The notes under the pieces were generated by a model. That model made no database searches and was not told the DNA's origin. It worked only from the letters and a program-made list of their open reading frames with translations. This document shows positions 27,051 through 36,781 of a DNA stretch of 64,000 nucleotides, in pieces. Each line of letters begins with the position of its first letter. The stretch's first letter is position 1. A program made the position numbers and the translations under genes. Source of the stretch: an uncultured bacterium (GTDB lineage: Bacteria > Planctomycetota > Phycisphaerae > Sedimentisphaerales > Anaerobacaceae); NCBI GenBank assembly GCA_965370955.1, contig CBDUWP010000001.1, positions 2,122 through 66,121 on the forward strand, given 5' to 3'.

Positions 27051-28676
27051 TTAATGTTTCAGTAACTTTTTATAAACCATAAAAGTTATGATTATTAAGG
27101 CAAAAAGGCCTGACCACATGATAATAAGGCCGGCAGAACCCCCGGCTGTACTGGAATTTTTCATGATGTTTTTACCTGCCATCATCGAAACAATCAAAAG
27201 TGCAGCTGGAATAGAACTGACACCAAAGGAACTGAGAAGGTGACCGCCTTTTAGCAAAATACCTGTCGCAATCCCAATCAAAATCAAAAAAATACAGCCA
27301 AGACCAAAAACTAAACGACTGTGAATTTCAGCTGTTATATCAGAAAGAACTTTTTTCAAACTTAGGCTCAAAAGACGCTGCTGGGCTGAAAGATTGGAGG
27401 TCTGTTTGTTATGAAGAGCGGCGCCTGTCTTAGCGGGAGTTATCGAGCTTAACAGATTATCTTGGCTAAAGGTTTCGGCAATTGGTTGAGGCAAAAATAG
27501 ACCGGATAAAATCGTTCTCTGGCCGAGACCTGTTAATTCTGAGTCATCGGAAATGTCACTATCGGCAGGTTTTTGCCAAGTGGCATTGTATAAAGACATT
27601 GTTAAAGTAGGGGCTAGCTCATCGCCCTCTAAATGGATTGTGGCTTTGGCACATTGAAAAGTTTTTAGGGTTGTGCCTGTAGATGAATCAAACTCTATTA
27701 CACGGATCGATCCTGATAAATCTAACTGGCTGTCGCCCAATTGACAACTGTCGCAAGTGAAGACTATTGAGTTGGGTTCGCCAGCTAATAGATAATCGTT
27801 TTTCGTCGAAATATGTTTACTAATATCCTGACTTAATAATTCGCAGGTAAAGCGACTGGCTATGTTGCGGGCGAGTTTCTCTATCGGATAAAATCTGATG
27901 GGGTTACGGGCAATTTTTTTCATCTCACCGATTTTTTTGAATTTTACGCGGTCACGAAGCATCGAGCCAAAATCTGTCGTGACAGGAAATTTTTTCATCC
28001 TAATACTGCTGTTCTTTTCCATATCCAACTGATAAAGATCATACAAGGTTATTTGAACCTGATTGTAGCGGTCGTGAGTGATAAAGGAAACTTTAGCCTT
28101 ATCAGCTGTTATGATTTTTTGTATCTTCTGGCCGTCAGCAATATTGATGGCAATCACGCCGGCTAAAAGGCTGTCCTGTGGATTTACGTAATCAGCATAA
28201 AGTAAATATTCGCCGGCTGGAGGCATTTTATAGTAGCCCTTACGCTTCAAATTACGAAAGACTATTTGTTTGGCGTTGGCTTTGAGGGAATTTTCTGCGC
28301 GGTGAATGAAATCCGGCATTACGTAAAAGCTCAAAAGCAAATTGGCTATCGCAACTATAATAGCTAAAATGGCGCCGGGATAGGCCATTGTTAAGATGCT
28401 TATCCCGCTAGCGCGGCAAGCGTCCAACTCATTGTCACTGGCAAGGCGACCATAAACCAAAGAGGCAGAAAATAATGCAGCCATCGGCAAAACAAATGTC
28501 AAGGTGATCGGTATGAAATAACACATCAAGTGAACTATCTGCGACGGACCAACGCCGTATTCCTGTATAGGGCCTATGACACTGCCCAAAGAAAGGATTA
28601 GGGTTAAGGCAATCGAAGCCAAAACGAAAACTTTCATCAATTCTCGAAAAACATATCGATGGATGGTTAATACCAT
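27051..28676 (-). CDS. LptF/LptG-family LPS export permease with enlarged periplasmic domain
   Basis: IHRYVFRELMKVFVLASIALTL..., a 3 TM + loop + 3 TM layout, with about 330 aa between TM3 and TM4. The ATG at 28676 is preferred over the TTG at 28706. Confidence 0.75.
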   Translation of the reverse strand: MVLTIHRYVFRELMKVFVLASIALTLILSLGSVIGPIQEYGVGPSQIVHLMCYFIPITLTFVLPMAALFSASLVYGRLASDNELDACRASGISILTMAYPGAILAIIVAIANLLLSFYVMPDFIHRAENSLKANAKQIVFRNLKRKGYYKMPPAGEYLLYADYVNPQDSLLAGVIAINIADGQKIQKIITADKAKVSFITHDRYNQVQITLYDLYQLDMEKNSSIRMKKFPVTTDFGSMLRDRVKFKKIGEMKKIARNPIRFYPIEKLARNIASRFTCELLSQDISKHISTKNDYLLAGEPNSIVFTCDSCQLGDSQLDLSGSIRVIEFDSSTGTTLKTFQCAKATIHLEGDELAPTLTMSLYNATWQKPADSDISDDSELTGLGQRTILSGLFLPQPIAETFSQDNLLSSITPAKTGAALHNKQTSNLSAQQRLLSLSLKKVLSDITAEIHSRLVFGLGCIFLILIGIATGILLKGGHLLSSFGVSSIPAALLIVSMMAGKNIMKNSSTAGGSAGLIIMWSGLFALIIITFMVYKKLLKH

Positions 28677-28906
28677 AAGTATTCCAGAAAAAAACGCGAA
28701 TCTCAATAGATGTAATATAAACAGTTATGTTACGCTAAAATAGGGCGATTGGAAACAAAATTTTATTATTACTAAGGTGATAATTTGGGAGATTTGGCAG
28801 AGATTTTAATTTACGATCGCCGATAGTTTTTTTATAATAGACCGACTCCTCTGGATCGTTGGGCGGCTTGAGGAAATTTTGATAAATAGGCTTCAAGGAG
28901 CGAAAA

Positions 28907-29899
28907 ATGTTAAATAGGCAAATGAAATTGAGCTTGATGGTGCTTTTGGCTGCTGCGATGATCGCTAATGGCGATGTGATAACGCTTAACGAAGGACAGC
29001 AGGTTACAGGCGAAATACTCACGGAAAAAGATGGCTATCTCGTGATGGACATCGGAGTCGATTTACTCAAAATAGCTAAAACAGATATTCTAAAATATGA
29101 ATACGAATCAATCGACCAGATAAAAGTCGATACTAACAGTCAAATACAAATTGATAAATCAAAGCTTTATCGAACAGCTAAGTCGGCTAAAAAAAATATC
29201 GCTCAATGCGTAGTAACTGTGGCCGAGGCTGTGGTGAAAGTTTCTACGCCAGCTGGGCAAGGATCCGGCTTCTTTATAAACGAACAGGGATACTTAATAA
29301 CGAATTGTCACGTTATAGAAAAAGAAACCAAAATCGAGGTGACACAATTTCAAAAAAAAGATACGGGATTTGAAAAGGTGACCTTCAAAAAAGTGAAAAT
29401 TATAGCAGTTAATGCATTTGTTGATCTGGCACTTTTGAAAGTTGAAGAACTCGATGACAAAAAAGTTAAATATGTGCCGCTAGGTGATGTGGACGAATTG
29501 GTGGTGGGCGAAACAGTGTTCGCTATAGGAAATCCGCTGGGACTGGAAAGGACCGTGACCGATGGAGTGGTCAGTACAAAAAATAGATCCTTCAATGGAC
29601 TGATCTATGTACAAACCAATGCCGATATCAATCCGGGAAATTCGGGCGGGCCACTGTTTAATTGTTACGGGCAGGTGATCGGAGTGACAAATATGGGCTA
29701 TATCTTCTACGGGGGATTGGGGTTCGCAATTCCAGTTAATTATGTAAAGAATTTTATCGATAATCGGGAATCGTTTGCGTACGATAAAGATAATCCGAAT
29801 ACAGGATATTTTTATGTGCAGCCGGACAAAAGGCTTGATCACTCGAAAATACCATTTTTAGAAAAGTCTAGTGATAAAAAACAGAAGGAAAAATCATGA
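28907..29899 (+). CDS. Secreted trypsin-like (S1C/DegP-like) serine protease without PDZ domain
   Basis: AGGAG RBS and a signal peptide. The catalytic triad context is TNCHVI (His), DLALLKV (Asp) and GNSGGPLF (Ser). Confidence 0.8.
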   Translation: MLNRQMKLSLMVLLAAAMIANGDVITLNEGQQVTGEILTEKDGYLVMDIGVDLLKIAKTDILKYEYESIDQIKVDTNSQIQIDKSKLYRTAKSAKKNIAQCVVTVAEAVVKVSTPAGQGSGFFINEQGYLITNCHVIEKETKIEVTQFQKKDTGFEKVTFKKVKIIAVNAFVDLALLKVEELDDKKVKYVPLGDVDELVVGETVFAIGNPLGLERTVTDGVVSTKNRSFNGLIYVQTNADINPGNSGGPLFNCYGQVIGVTNMGYIFYGGLGFAIPVNYVKNFIDNRESFAYDKDNPNTGYFYVQPDKRLDHSKIPFLEKSSDKKQKEKS

Positions 29900-31668
29900 A
29901 GAAATCGCATCTTGTTGTATTGATTCTTGTCATATTAACAGTTAACTGCATGGCGGCAAAACAACTGCCGAAAATTCAAGCGATTTTACCGGCTGAAACT
30001 GTTGCTATATTGGAAATCGATGATCTTGAAAAATGCAGAGAAAAATTAGAAAAGACAGGACTGGGAAAACTCTGCGAAGATCCAGCAATGCAGCCCTTCG
30101 TCAATGCAATTAAAGAAAAAATCGAAAAAAATATATCGGACATCAAAAATGATATAGCGGATCTAGTCTTAAAGGAAAAAATATGGCCGCAAGGTAAGGT
30201 CTTTTTTGCCCTAGTGCTGGACGAAACCGCTCGCGAGAAAAAAGAGCCAACGGCAGTGTTTTTGGCGCAGTGGGGACAAAATGCTGAAAAAGCGAAAGAG
30301 GCTCTGGAAAAAACTCTGCAAATGACAACCGGCCAAGATGGTTATCATCGAAAGCAGGAGCAATTCAGAGATGTGAAAATTGATTCGCTATTTGCCGAAG
30401 AAGGAAAAAGATTGAAATATGGTTTTAACCGTCAACTGCATATGGGATTCATCGATGATTGCCTCGTCGGTAGCGAGAGCTTAGATGTTCTGAAATTTGT
30501 TATCGCTCATCTGAAAGGATCTACAGCTAAATCACTGGCGGAAAAGGGACAATATCAAACAGCTTTTAAGAAAATTTCGCAAAATGGGCAGGGCAATTCT
30601 GCTAAGTTGTATGTGAACATAAAGCAAATTATGGATTTTGTCATTAGCCAAAACGAAAAGCCTGATGAGCTTACAGAAACTATGGCGAGGCTGGGTCTGG
30701 ATAATGTGGAGCTGTTGGCGTATGTGTTGAATGTTGATGAGGGAAGTCAAAATAAGCCGTCGCTGGATTTCAATGGGGTCTTAACTGTCGATGGGGACAA
30801 AAAAGGCTTGCTTAAAATGATGGATATGAAATCTAGGCCAATGCAAACTGAAAAATTCATAGGCAATAACTGTTTATCTCTATATCAAGTTAATGTCGAT
30901 ATGAAACAATTTTTTGAGCAGATTATTGAAATGGTTTCTAGCTTTAATCCGCAAGCTGCCGCTATGTTTTATATGCCGCTAAATGCCGCAGCTGGAGAAG
31001 AGCCTGTTAATTTCGTAAACGGATTCGTCGAGCATCTGGGGCAAGGAGTTGTTGTGACTGAGATGATTAAAAAACCGTTTGAAAAAAATAAAATGCCGTC
31101 AGAGGTCGTCGCAGCTATAGCTATCACTAATAAAACCCAGTTGGAAAAAACTGTCAGCTCAATTCATGGCCAATATTTACCGCAAACTGAAAATAAAATC
31201 CAATTGCTAGGGTATACTCTGTATCTGATGGATGTGACGCATATAGCAGGGGCTCTGTCGTATGTCACTATGTCGCAGGGACAAGAGGTTCCAAAGCTGG
31301 CAATTGTGATTACTGATAGTTATATGATTGTTGGATTCAAACCGGCAATTGAAAATATTGTCAGATCTATGGTCGCAGGCGATAGCGATACTGTCGAATC
31401 GCAAAAATGGTTTCAAAGGGCTAAAAATATGCTGCCGCAGAAAGCTGGCGGTTTGGGCGCAGTAAATCTTAAAATGGCGGCGGAAATCCTGTGTTGGCAG
31501 CTTAAAGAAAAAGCACAAGAAATTAGTAAAAGTCCTGAAGCTGTAGATTTTAGCAAATTGCCGAAATTTGAAACTGTGGCGAAATATTTTGGATTGGCTG
31601 CCAGCTATATCCAAAGCAAACCGGATGGGTTCTATTTCGGAATGAAATGTTTTGAACCAATCGAGTGA
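29896..31668 (+). CDS. Exported hypothetical protein (590 aa), possibly DUF3352-like
   Basis: ATGA start/stop overlap with the protease gene and a signal peptide (VILTVNCMAAK). The family assignment rests only on weak recollection of an N-terminal ...LPAETVAILEIDD... pattern. Confidence 0.55.
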   Translation: MKKSHLVVLILVILTVNCMAAKQLPKIQAILPAETVAILEIDDLEKCREKLEKTGLGKLCEDPAMQPFVNAIKEKIEKNISDIKNDIADLVLKEKIWPQGKVFFALVLDETAREKKEPTAVFLAQWGQNAEKAKEALEKTLQMTTGQDGYHRKQEQFRDVKIDSLFAEEGKRLKYGFNRQLHMGFIDDCLVGSESLDVLKFVIAHLKGSTAKSLAEKGQYQTAFKKISQNGQGNSAKLYVNIKQIMDFVISQNEKPDELTETMARLGLDNVELLAYVLNVDEGSQNKPSLDFNGVLTVDGDKKGLLKMMDMKSRPMQTEKFIGNNCLSLYQVNVDMKQFFEQIIEMVSSFNPQAAAMFYMPLNAAAGEEPVNFVNGFVEHLGQGVVVTEMIKKPFEKNKMPSEVVAAIAITNKTQLEKTVSSIHGQYLPQTENKIQLLGYTLYLMDVTHIAGALSYVTMSQGQEVPKLAIVITDSYMIVGFKPAIENIVRSMVAGDSDTVESQKWFQRAKNMLPQKAGGLGAVNLKMAAEILCWQLKEKAQEISKSPEAVDFSKLPKFETVAKYFGLAASYIQSKPDGFYFGMKCFEPIE

Positions 31669-31685
31669 GCAGCTAAAACTTATTG

Positions 31686-32558
31686 TCAATGGATGATCTT
31701 GTTCAAAGGATATGTGATTATTCCAGATGCGCCGGCACGTTTTAACTCCGGTACTAACTGACGCTCAACCTTGTCCTCTATAATAACCTCAATAGCGTGG
31801 TCGCCATTGGCTAATGGGGATACTGTTGGACTCTTCTCCGAAGGCAAAATCGCTAAAATATCACCGAGCTTGTCCTTAGAAATATTGAGCTTCATGCCGA
31901 CTTTACTGCGGGCATCAATGGCGGCGTTGAGCAAAATCGAAATGTTCTCAATCTTGTTCCTCTTAAAAGAATCTTGCCAAGCGGTCTTATTAGCAATGAA
32001 TCTGGTGGTAGATGTTATCAAGGTGTCGATTATGCGAAGATTGTTCGCGCGGATCGATGACCCAGTCTCCGTCAGCTCGACAATAGCGTCAACCAACCGA
32101 GCCTTGACCTCTGTCGCGCCCCAACTGAATTCAACCTTAACGTTGATGCCCTTATCTTCAAAATATTTGCGAGTTGCACCGACAAGCTCTGTCGCAATAA
32201 TCGCACCTTCTAAATCTTCAGGCTTTGTAATAGATGACTCGTTCGGCACTGCCAGAACCCATTTCGTGGGATTGCTGGTCGCTTTGCTATAAGCTAATTC
32301 GCATATCTCAACGACATCAGAGTCGTTCTCCGTGATCCAATCGTAACCGGTAATGCCTGCATCCAAAACGCCGTCAGCAACATATCGACTCATTTCTTGA
32401 GCTCGTAACATTGTTATATCGATCTCGGAATCGTCTATCTGAGGATGATAACTGCGGCTGGAACTGGCGATCGAAAAACCACTCTTCTCGAAAAGATCGA
32501 ATGTGGATGCTTTTAAGCTGCCGACCGGTAGGCCAAGTTTTAATATTTTTTTTGACAT
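31686..32558 (-). CDS. hisG: ATP phosphoribosyltransferase (long form)
   Basis: 290 aa with LGLPVGSL, ETGSSIRANNLRI and a C-terminal regulatory domain. Confidence 0.9.
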   Translation of the reverse strand: MSKKILKLGLPVGSLKASTFDLFEKSGFSIASSSRSYHPQIDDSEIDITMLRAQEMSRYVADGVLDAGITGYDWITENDSDVVEICELAYSKATSNPTKWVLAVPNESSITKPEDLEGAIIATELVGATRKYFEDKGINVKVEFSWGATEVKARLVDAIVELTETGSSIRANNLRIIDTLITSTTRFIANKTAWQDSFKRNKIENISILLNAAIDARSKVGMKLNISKDKLGDILAILPSEKSPTVSPLANGDHAIEVIIEDKVERQLVPELKRAGASGIITYPLNKIIH

Positions 32559-32582
32559 TTTTTTAACCTCATATAGCTTGAA

Positions 32583-33419
32583 CTATTTTTTCTTTGCAGT
32601 TTTTTTTGCAGCTTTTTTCGCAACTTTCTTTTTTGTTACTGACTTCTTCTTAGAAGTTTTTTTGACAACTTTTTTCTTTATAGGTTTTTTAGCGACTTTA
32701 GCAGCTTTTTTAGGTTTAACGGTTTGCTTAACCGCTTTTTTCTTTGCAGACTTTTTCTTAACAGTTTTTTTGGCGGCTTTTGCTGCTTTCGCTGCTTCAA
32801 TAGCTTTCTTGTCGGCGGCTTGTTCGCTGACTTGGCGAAGCAGGCAATAAAATTTATAACCATCTTTAGCTGATATCTGTCTTGCTAAAAAACCCTCTAT
32901 ATTATGGTAGTCAGAGCCAGAATCGACAAGATCATTGTCCTTTAAATATTCAATCATATTAACAGTCAAGGGAATCGCATGGCCTGAGATCACTGTCAGC
33001 ATACAATAATCGACAAGGAAAGGGCTTGCTGATTTAAGTTTTGCAAGAGTCTCTTTAATCTCACGTTTGCCGGCTTTTTTCAGGCCGGAAATTGTCAGGC
33101 AATCGTATTTGGCGAAAATCGCTTGAAGAAGATAGCCAACATTGGCCGCAACTGCTCTAGTTGCTTTGGTGTCAATAGATAAAACCTCTACTATCTCAGC
33201 TGCCAGAGATACTCTAAGATCGTTCCAATCGACAAAATGATCATGGAAATCCTTAAAAGCCTTAATAGATTGATTGGTCGAAAGATATTCACTTATGACA
33301 GCGAAGACAATAGCGTCTGTCAAATTGTCATATTCGGCAAGAGGGAATTTCTCCGACTTACGAGACAAAGTCTTGTAAAGTTTGTTGATTTTCTCTGAAT
33401 ATTTTTTACTGTTTTTCAT
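32583..33419 (-). CDS. Endonuclease-III-fold (HhH-GPD-like, apparently non-catalytic) protein fused to a histone-H1-like Lys/Ala-rich tail
   Basis: The N-terminal roughly 195 aa follow the Nth-like helical pattern (AIVFAVISEYLSTNQSIKAFKDF...W.DL....AEIVEVL), but I cannot find the GVG hairpin or the catalytic Lys/Asp. The C-terminal roughly 80 aa read [70 protein letters not shown]. Confidence 0.5.
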   Translation of the reverse strand: MKNSKKYSEKINKLYKTLSRKSEKFPLAEYDNLTDAIVFAVISEYLSTNQSIKAFKDFHDHFVDWNDLRVSLAAEIVEVLSIDTKATRAVAANVGYLLQAIFAKYDCLTISGLKKAGKREIKETLAKLKSASPFLVDYCMLTVISGHAIPLTVNMIEYLKDNDLVDSGSDYHNIEGFLARQISAKDGYKFYCLLRQVSEQAADKKAIEAAKAAKAAKKTVKKKSAKKKAVKQTVKPKKAAKVAKKPIKKKVVKKTSKKKSVTKKKVAKKAAKKTAKKK

Positions 33420-33497
33420 GGCCTATTCGATATCTCAAATAAAAAATAAATTTTTTAGTTTTTTGTTGCCATCTTATGCTTTGTCAAGGCAATGAAA

Positions 33498-33908
33498 TTA
33501 TCCGTCTTGATCTTCGACTGCATCGGAGTCACTGTTATTAAGGGTTGCTCTGTCTGGGTCAGGATTGGCTTTGTCTATGATGCTTATTATTTCCTGAGCC
33601 TTTTTAGTCGTCATGTCCAAATGAAATTCAATGATTGGACAAAATTTTATATCCAATGTTCTGGCAATAATGCCTTGCAGTTTCGATCTAGCTGCTTTTA
33701 TAGCCATGAAGGTTTTGTTTTCACTGGCAGGGGTCTTGGCGAAAATGCTTAAAGAAATATTGGCATTGCGGAGATCAGGCGATAAATCAACCTTAGTGAC
33801 ACTGACAAAGCCGTCAATGCGAGGATCATCCAAATCTGTTAAAACGGCTCTGCAAATTGTTTGTTTAATGATACTGGCTATTTTTTGTTGTCTTCTAAGG
33901 TTTGCCAT
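33498..33908 (-). CDS. rbfA: Ribosome-binding factor A
   Basis: RRQQKIASIIKQTICRAVLTDLDDPRI... KH-like fold, in the conserved position downstream of infB. Confidence 0.9.
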   Translation of the reverse strand: MANLRRQQKIASIIKQTICRAVLTDLDDPRIDGFVSVTKVDLSPDLRNANISLSIFAKTPASENKTFMAIKAARSKLQGIIARTLDIKFCPIIEFHLDMTTKKAQEIISIIDKANPDPDRATLNNSDSDAVEDQDG

Positions 33909-33940
33909 AATTTTAACTATTAACTATTAACTATTTTCTT

Positions 33941-34053
33941 TTTTCTTCGTAATACTACACCCGTAAGGATGTAGATGGAAGCATCCGGTAAAGCCTGAAG
34001 GGCTCAGAGCCCGCAGGCGACAAACGCCACGTCCGTAAGGGCGTGGTGGTTTA
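33941..34053. repeat. Intergenic cassette, copy 2 (between infB stop and rbfA start), interrupted by a 64-bp insertion
   Basis: ttttcttcgtaatactacacCCGTAAGG, then a 64-bp insert (33969-34032), then CCGTAAGGgcgtggtggttta. The 8-mer CCGTAAGG is present once in copy 1 and flanks the insert here. Confidence 0.85.
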
Positions 34054-36711
34054 CTATAATGTTCTGGCTATCATTATTGTTTCGCAAAATTCCAAAACGT
34101 CATCCACTTTTAAATCATTATATTTTGCTATCTTAATGCCGCATTCAAAGCCAGACTTGACCTCCTTGACGTTGTCCTTGAAACGTTTTAATGTTTCAAG
34201 AATCAAATCATTATTGACGATGATGTTGTTGCGTATCAAACGAACCTTGGCGTTGCTCTTGATTAGGCCGTCAGTGACAAAGCAACCGGCAATAGTGCCA
34301 ATTTTGGATACCTTGAAAATTTCTCGGACAATGGCTTTGCCTGTTACCTGCTCTTTGGCCTCCGGCTCCAATAAACCGCTCATCGATTTTCTGAGATCGT
34401 CAGTGATGCGATAAATGATTGTATACAGATTGATGTTGACGCCGCTGGATTCAGCTATCTTTGCAGCGCGGTCGTCAGCTATGACATTAAAGCCGATGAT
34501 AATAGCATTGGAAGCTTGAGCAAGTATGACGTCGCCCTCTGTGATTCCGCCAACTGCAGCTTGAAGAATCTTGATCTTGACCTCTTCAGTGTTTAATTCT
34601 GTCAGATATTGAGTCAATACATCGACAGAACCCTGAACGTCAGCTCTGATCATGAGATTCAATTCCTTGACATTACCAGCTTCTATCTGGCTAAACAGAT
34701 TGTCCAATGTCACTTGAGAACGAGTGTTCATTGTTTTTTCACGCGAAAGAATCGAATTGTCCTCAGCGGCGTTCTTAGCTTTATTGATGTCGTCGAGGCA
34801 ATAGAACTTGTCGCCTGCTTGAGGAGGCTCGCTTAAGCCGGTAATCTCGACAGGCATTGAACTTATCGCTTTTTTTATCTTTTTACCTGAACTGTCTGAC
34901 ATTGCCTTGATGCGGCCATATCCTGACCCTGCAAAAACAATGTCACCTGTGGTTAAATGCCCCTCCTTGAGAAGCAATGTGGCAACAACGCCGCGGCGAG
35001 GATCCATTTTGGACTCTACCACCCAGCCGTTTGCGGCAATTGTGTTGTCTGCTGTCAACTCTGATAAATCGGCAATGTATTCGAGATGTTCAAGCAAATC
35101 ATCAATACCCATACCTGTTATAGCAGAGGTCTTGACTAATTCAGTCTGGCCGCCCCATTCGGCGGGAGCAACTTCATGCGTCGCCAACTGAGAAAATATT
35201 CTATTGTAATCGCAGCCCGGAAGATCCGACTTGTTCAAGGCAATGACAATCGGAACGCCGGCGGCTTTGGCGTGGTTTATGGCTTCTGCTGTCTGGGGCA
35301 TGACGCCGTCATCAGCAGCTATGACCAGTACCACAACGTCTGTCATGTTGGCTCCTCTGGCTCGCATGGCAGTAAAGGCTTCGTGGCCGGGAGTATCTAA
35401 AAATGTTATCGTTTTATCGTTATGGGTGATTTGATAGGCGCCAATGTGTTGCGTAATGCCGCCTGCTTCACCTTCGGTGACATTGGCTGATCGAATCTTG
35501 TCCAAAAGAGATGTCTTACCGTGATCGACATGGCCAAGCATGGTGACAATCACAGAACGAGGGGTTAAATGCTCTCTCTCGAGATTGGCTAATTCTTTCG
35601 CAATCAAATCTTCGCTGGATTGCTTACGCTCAACAATTAACTCAACTCCCAAATCCAAAGCAATTGTTTCTGCGACATCAGACATGATAACCTGATTGGC
35701 TGAAGCCATTACGCCTTGTTTCATCAATGCGGTTATTGTTTCGGATACCTTGATAGCTAAGGCACTGGACAAATCCTTGACCGTTATAGGTTCGGTGACA
35801 GTTGCTTTTTCCGGCCTAACATGAGCACTGGCAGATGTTCCGATTTTTCTGTTTCGAGAAGATAAGCCACGTTTAGGCCGAGATCTGAATCTTGTTCCAC
35901 CTGCAGCATCTATCCTAGCTTGCCGTTCCGCTATGTCTTTTTTACGCCTTTGATAACTGATGTTGGTCTGCTTTGAGTCATCAGGGCTGTAAGTTTTCTT
36001 TCTTGTGCTCTTTGATGGTTTAGAGCTATCGCCAGCCGGTGCAGCCTTTGTTGCAACAGTAGGTGCTGGGCGATTTGGCCTTTGATTACCAGTGTTTCTT
36101 TCGATTGGTCTGCGACTGCGGATAGGTTCAGGTTTTTCAATTCTAACTATCTCTGGGCCGCTTAATTGGGCTGGCTTGGGCTTTGTCAGCATAGGGCCGG
36201 CAGGGACGATCACCTCAGGTTTCGCGATTACTTCAGGTGTTGTTTCTGATTCAGTCGGTATGTCACTATCAGGTTCGCCGGTTTGTGCGGCAATTTCTAC
36301 AGGCTCTTGAGTTTCTTCGTTTTCACCGCTGTCAGATGCTGGCTTTGTCTTGGGTTCGGCTTGGTCACCTATAGCAGAATCAACTTGGGCTTCAACAGAA
36401 GTCGCAACAACCGTGTCAACTGTTTGATCAGAAGAGTCGGAGTCTTTAGATATTGCCGTATCGCTAGGCTTAGCTGCTTTTTTCTTTTTCCTCTTTACAC
36501 GAACCTTAGCGAGATTGACCTTCTCTGTTTTTTCGACAGTTGTTGTATGTTCACCTTCACTAAACCATTCGACAATGGTAGCAGCGAGTCCGGCGGAAAT
36601 CGAACTCATGTGACCCTTAACGTCAAGATCTTCGTCCTGACATTTCTGAACAATTGCTGAACTCTTAACGCCGAGTTCCTTTGCTAAAATGTAAACCCTT
36701 GTATTAGCCAA
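34054..36711 (-). CDS. infB: Translation initiation factor IF-2
   Basis: 885 aa. The N-terminus is (M)[14 protein letters not shown] and the G domain contains [20 protein letters not shown] and NKSD. The start is a TTG with GGAG 7 nt upstream. Confidence 0.97.
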   Translation of the reverse strand: MANTRVYILAKELGVKSSAIVQKCQDEDLDVKGHMSSISAGLAATIVEWFSEGEHTTTVEKTEKVNLAKVRVKRKKKKAAKPSDTAISKDSDSSDQTVDTVVATSVEAQVDSAIGDQAEPKTKPASDSGENEETQEPVEIAAQTGEPDSDIPTESETTPEVIAKPEVIVPAGPMLTKPKPAQLSGPEIVRIEKPEPIRSRRPIERNTGNQRPNRPAPTVATKAAPAGDSSKPSKSTRKKTYSPDDSKQTNISYQRRKKDIAERQARIDAAGGTRFRSRPKRGLSSRNRKIGTSASAHVRPEKATVTEPITVKDLSSALAIKVSETITALMKQGVMASANQVIMSDVAETIALDLGVELIVERKQSSEDLIAKELANLEREHLTPRSVIVTMLGHVDHGKTSLLDKIRSANVTEGEAGGITQHIGAYQITHNDKTITFLDTPGHEAFTAMRARGANMTDVVVLVIAADDGVMPQTAEAINHAKAAGVPIVIALNKSDLPGCDYNRIFSQLATHEVAPAEWGGQTELVKTSAITGMGIDDLLEHLEYIADLSELTADNTIAANGWVVESKMDPRRGVVATLLLKEGHLTTGDIVFAGSGYGRIKAMSDSSGKKIKKAISSMPVEITGLSEPPQAGDKFYCLDDINKAKNAAEDNSILSREKTMNTRSQVTLDNLFSQIEAGNVKELNLMIRADVQGSVDVLTQYLTELNTEEVKIKILQAAVGGITEGDVILAQASNAIIIGFNVIADDRAAKIAESSGVNINLYTIIYRITDDLRKSMSGLLEPEAKEQVTGKAIVREIFKVSKIGTIAGCFVTDGLIKSNAKVRLIRNNIIVNNDLILETLKRFKDNVKEVKSGFECGIKIAKYNDLKVDDVLEFCETIMIARTL

Positions 36712-36781
36712 AAATTATCTCCAATGCTAAAATCTTCTTTTTGCAACTGCTAAAATATATTAAGAAAACGTCCTTAATATG

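Noticed and set aside
28735-29022. A 95-aa minus-strand ORF upstream of and overlapping the protease start.
   Set aside because: It overlaps the RBS-supported protease start, has no motif and is likely spurious.
31771-32850. Plus-strand ORFs of 173 aa and 115 aa (Phe/Ala-rich).
   Set aside because: The first is antisense to hisG. The second is the complement of the Lys/Ala-rich tail coding repeats (poly-AAA/GCN read backwards as Phe/Ala).
33915-33935. A perfect 7-bp x3 tandem repeat (AACTATT) between the SD-like sequence and the rbfA start.
   Set aside because: It is real but has only three units and lies in an AT-rich 5' UTR. I have no evidence of phase variation, and it is most likely slippage noise.
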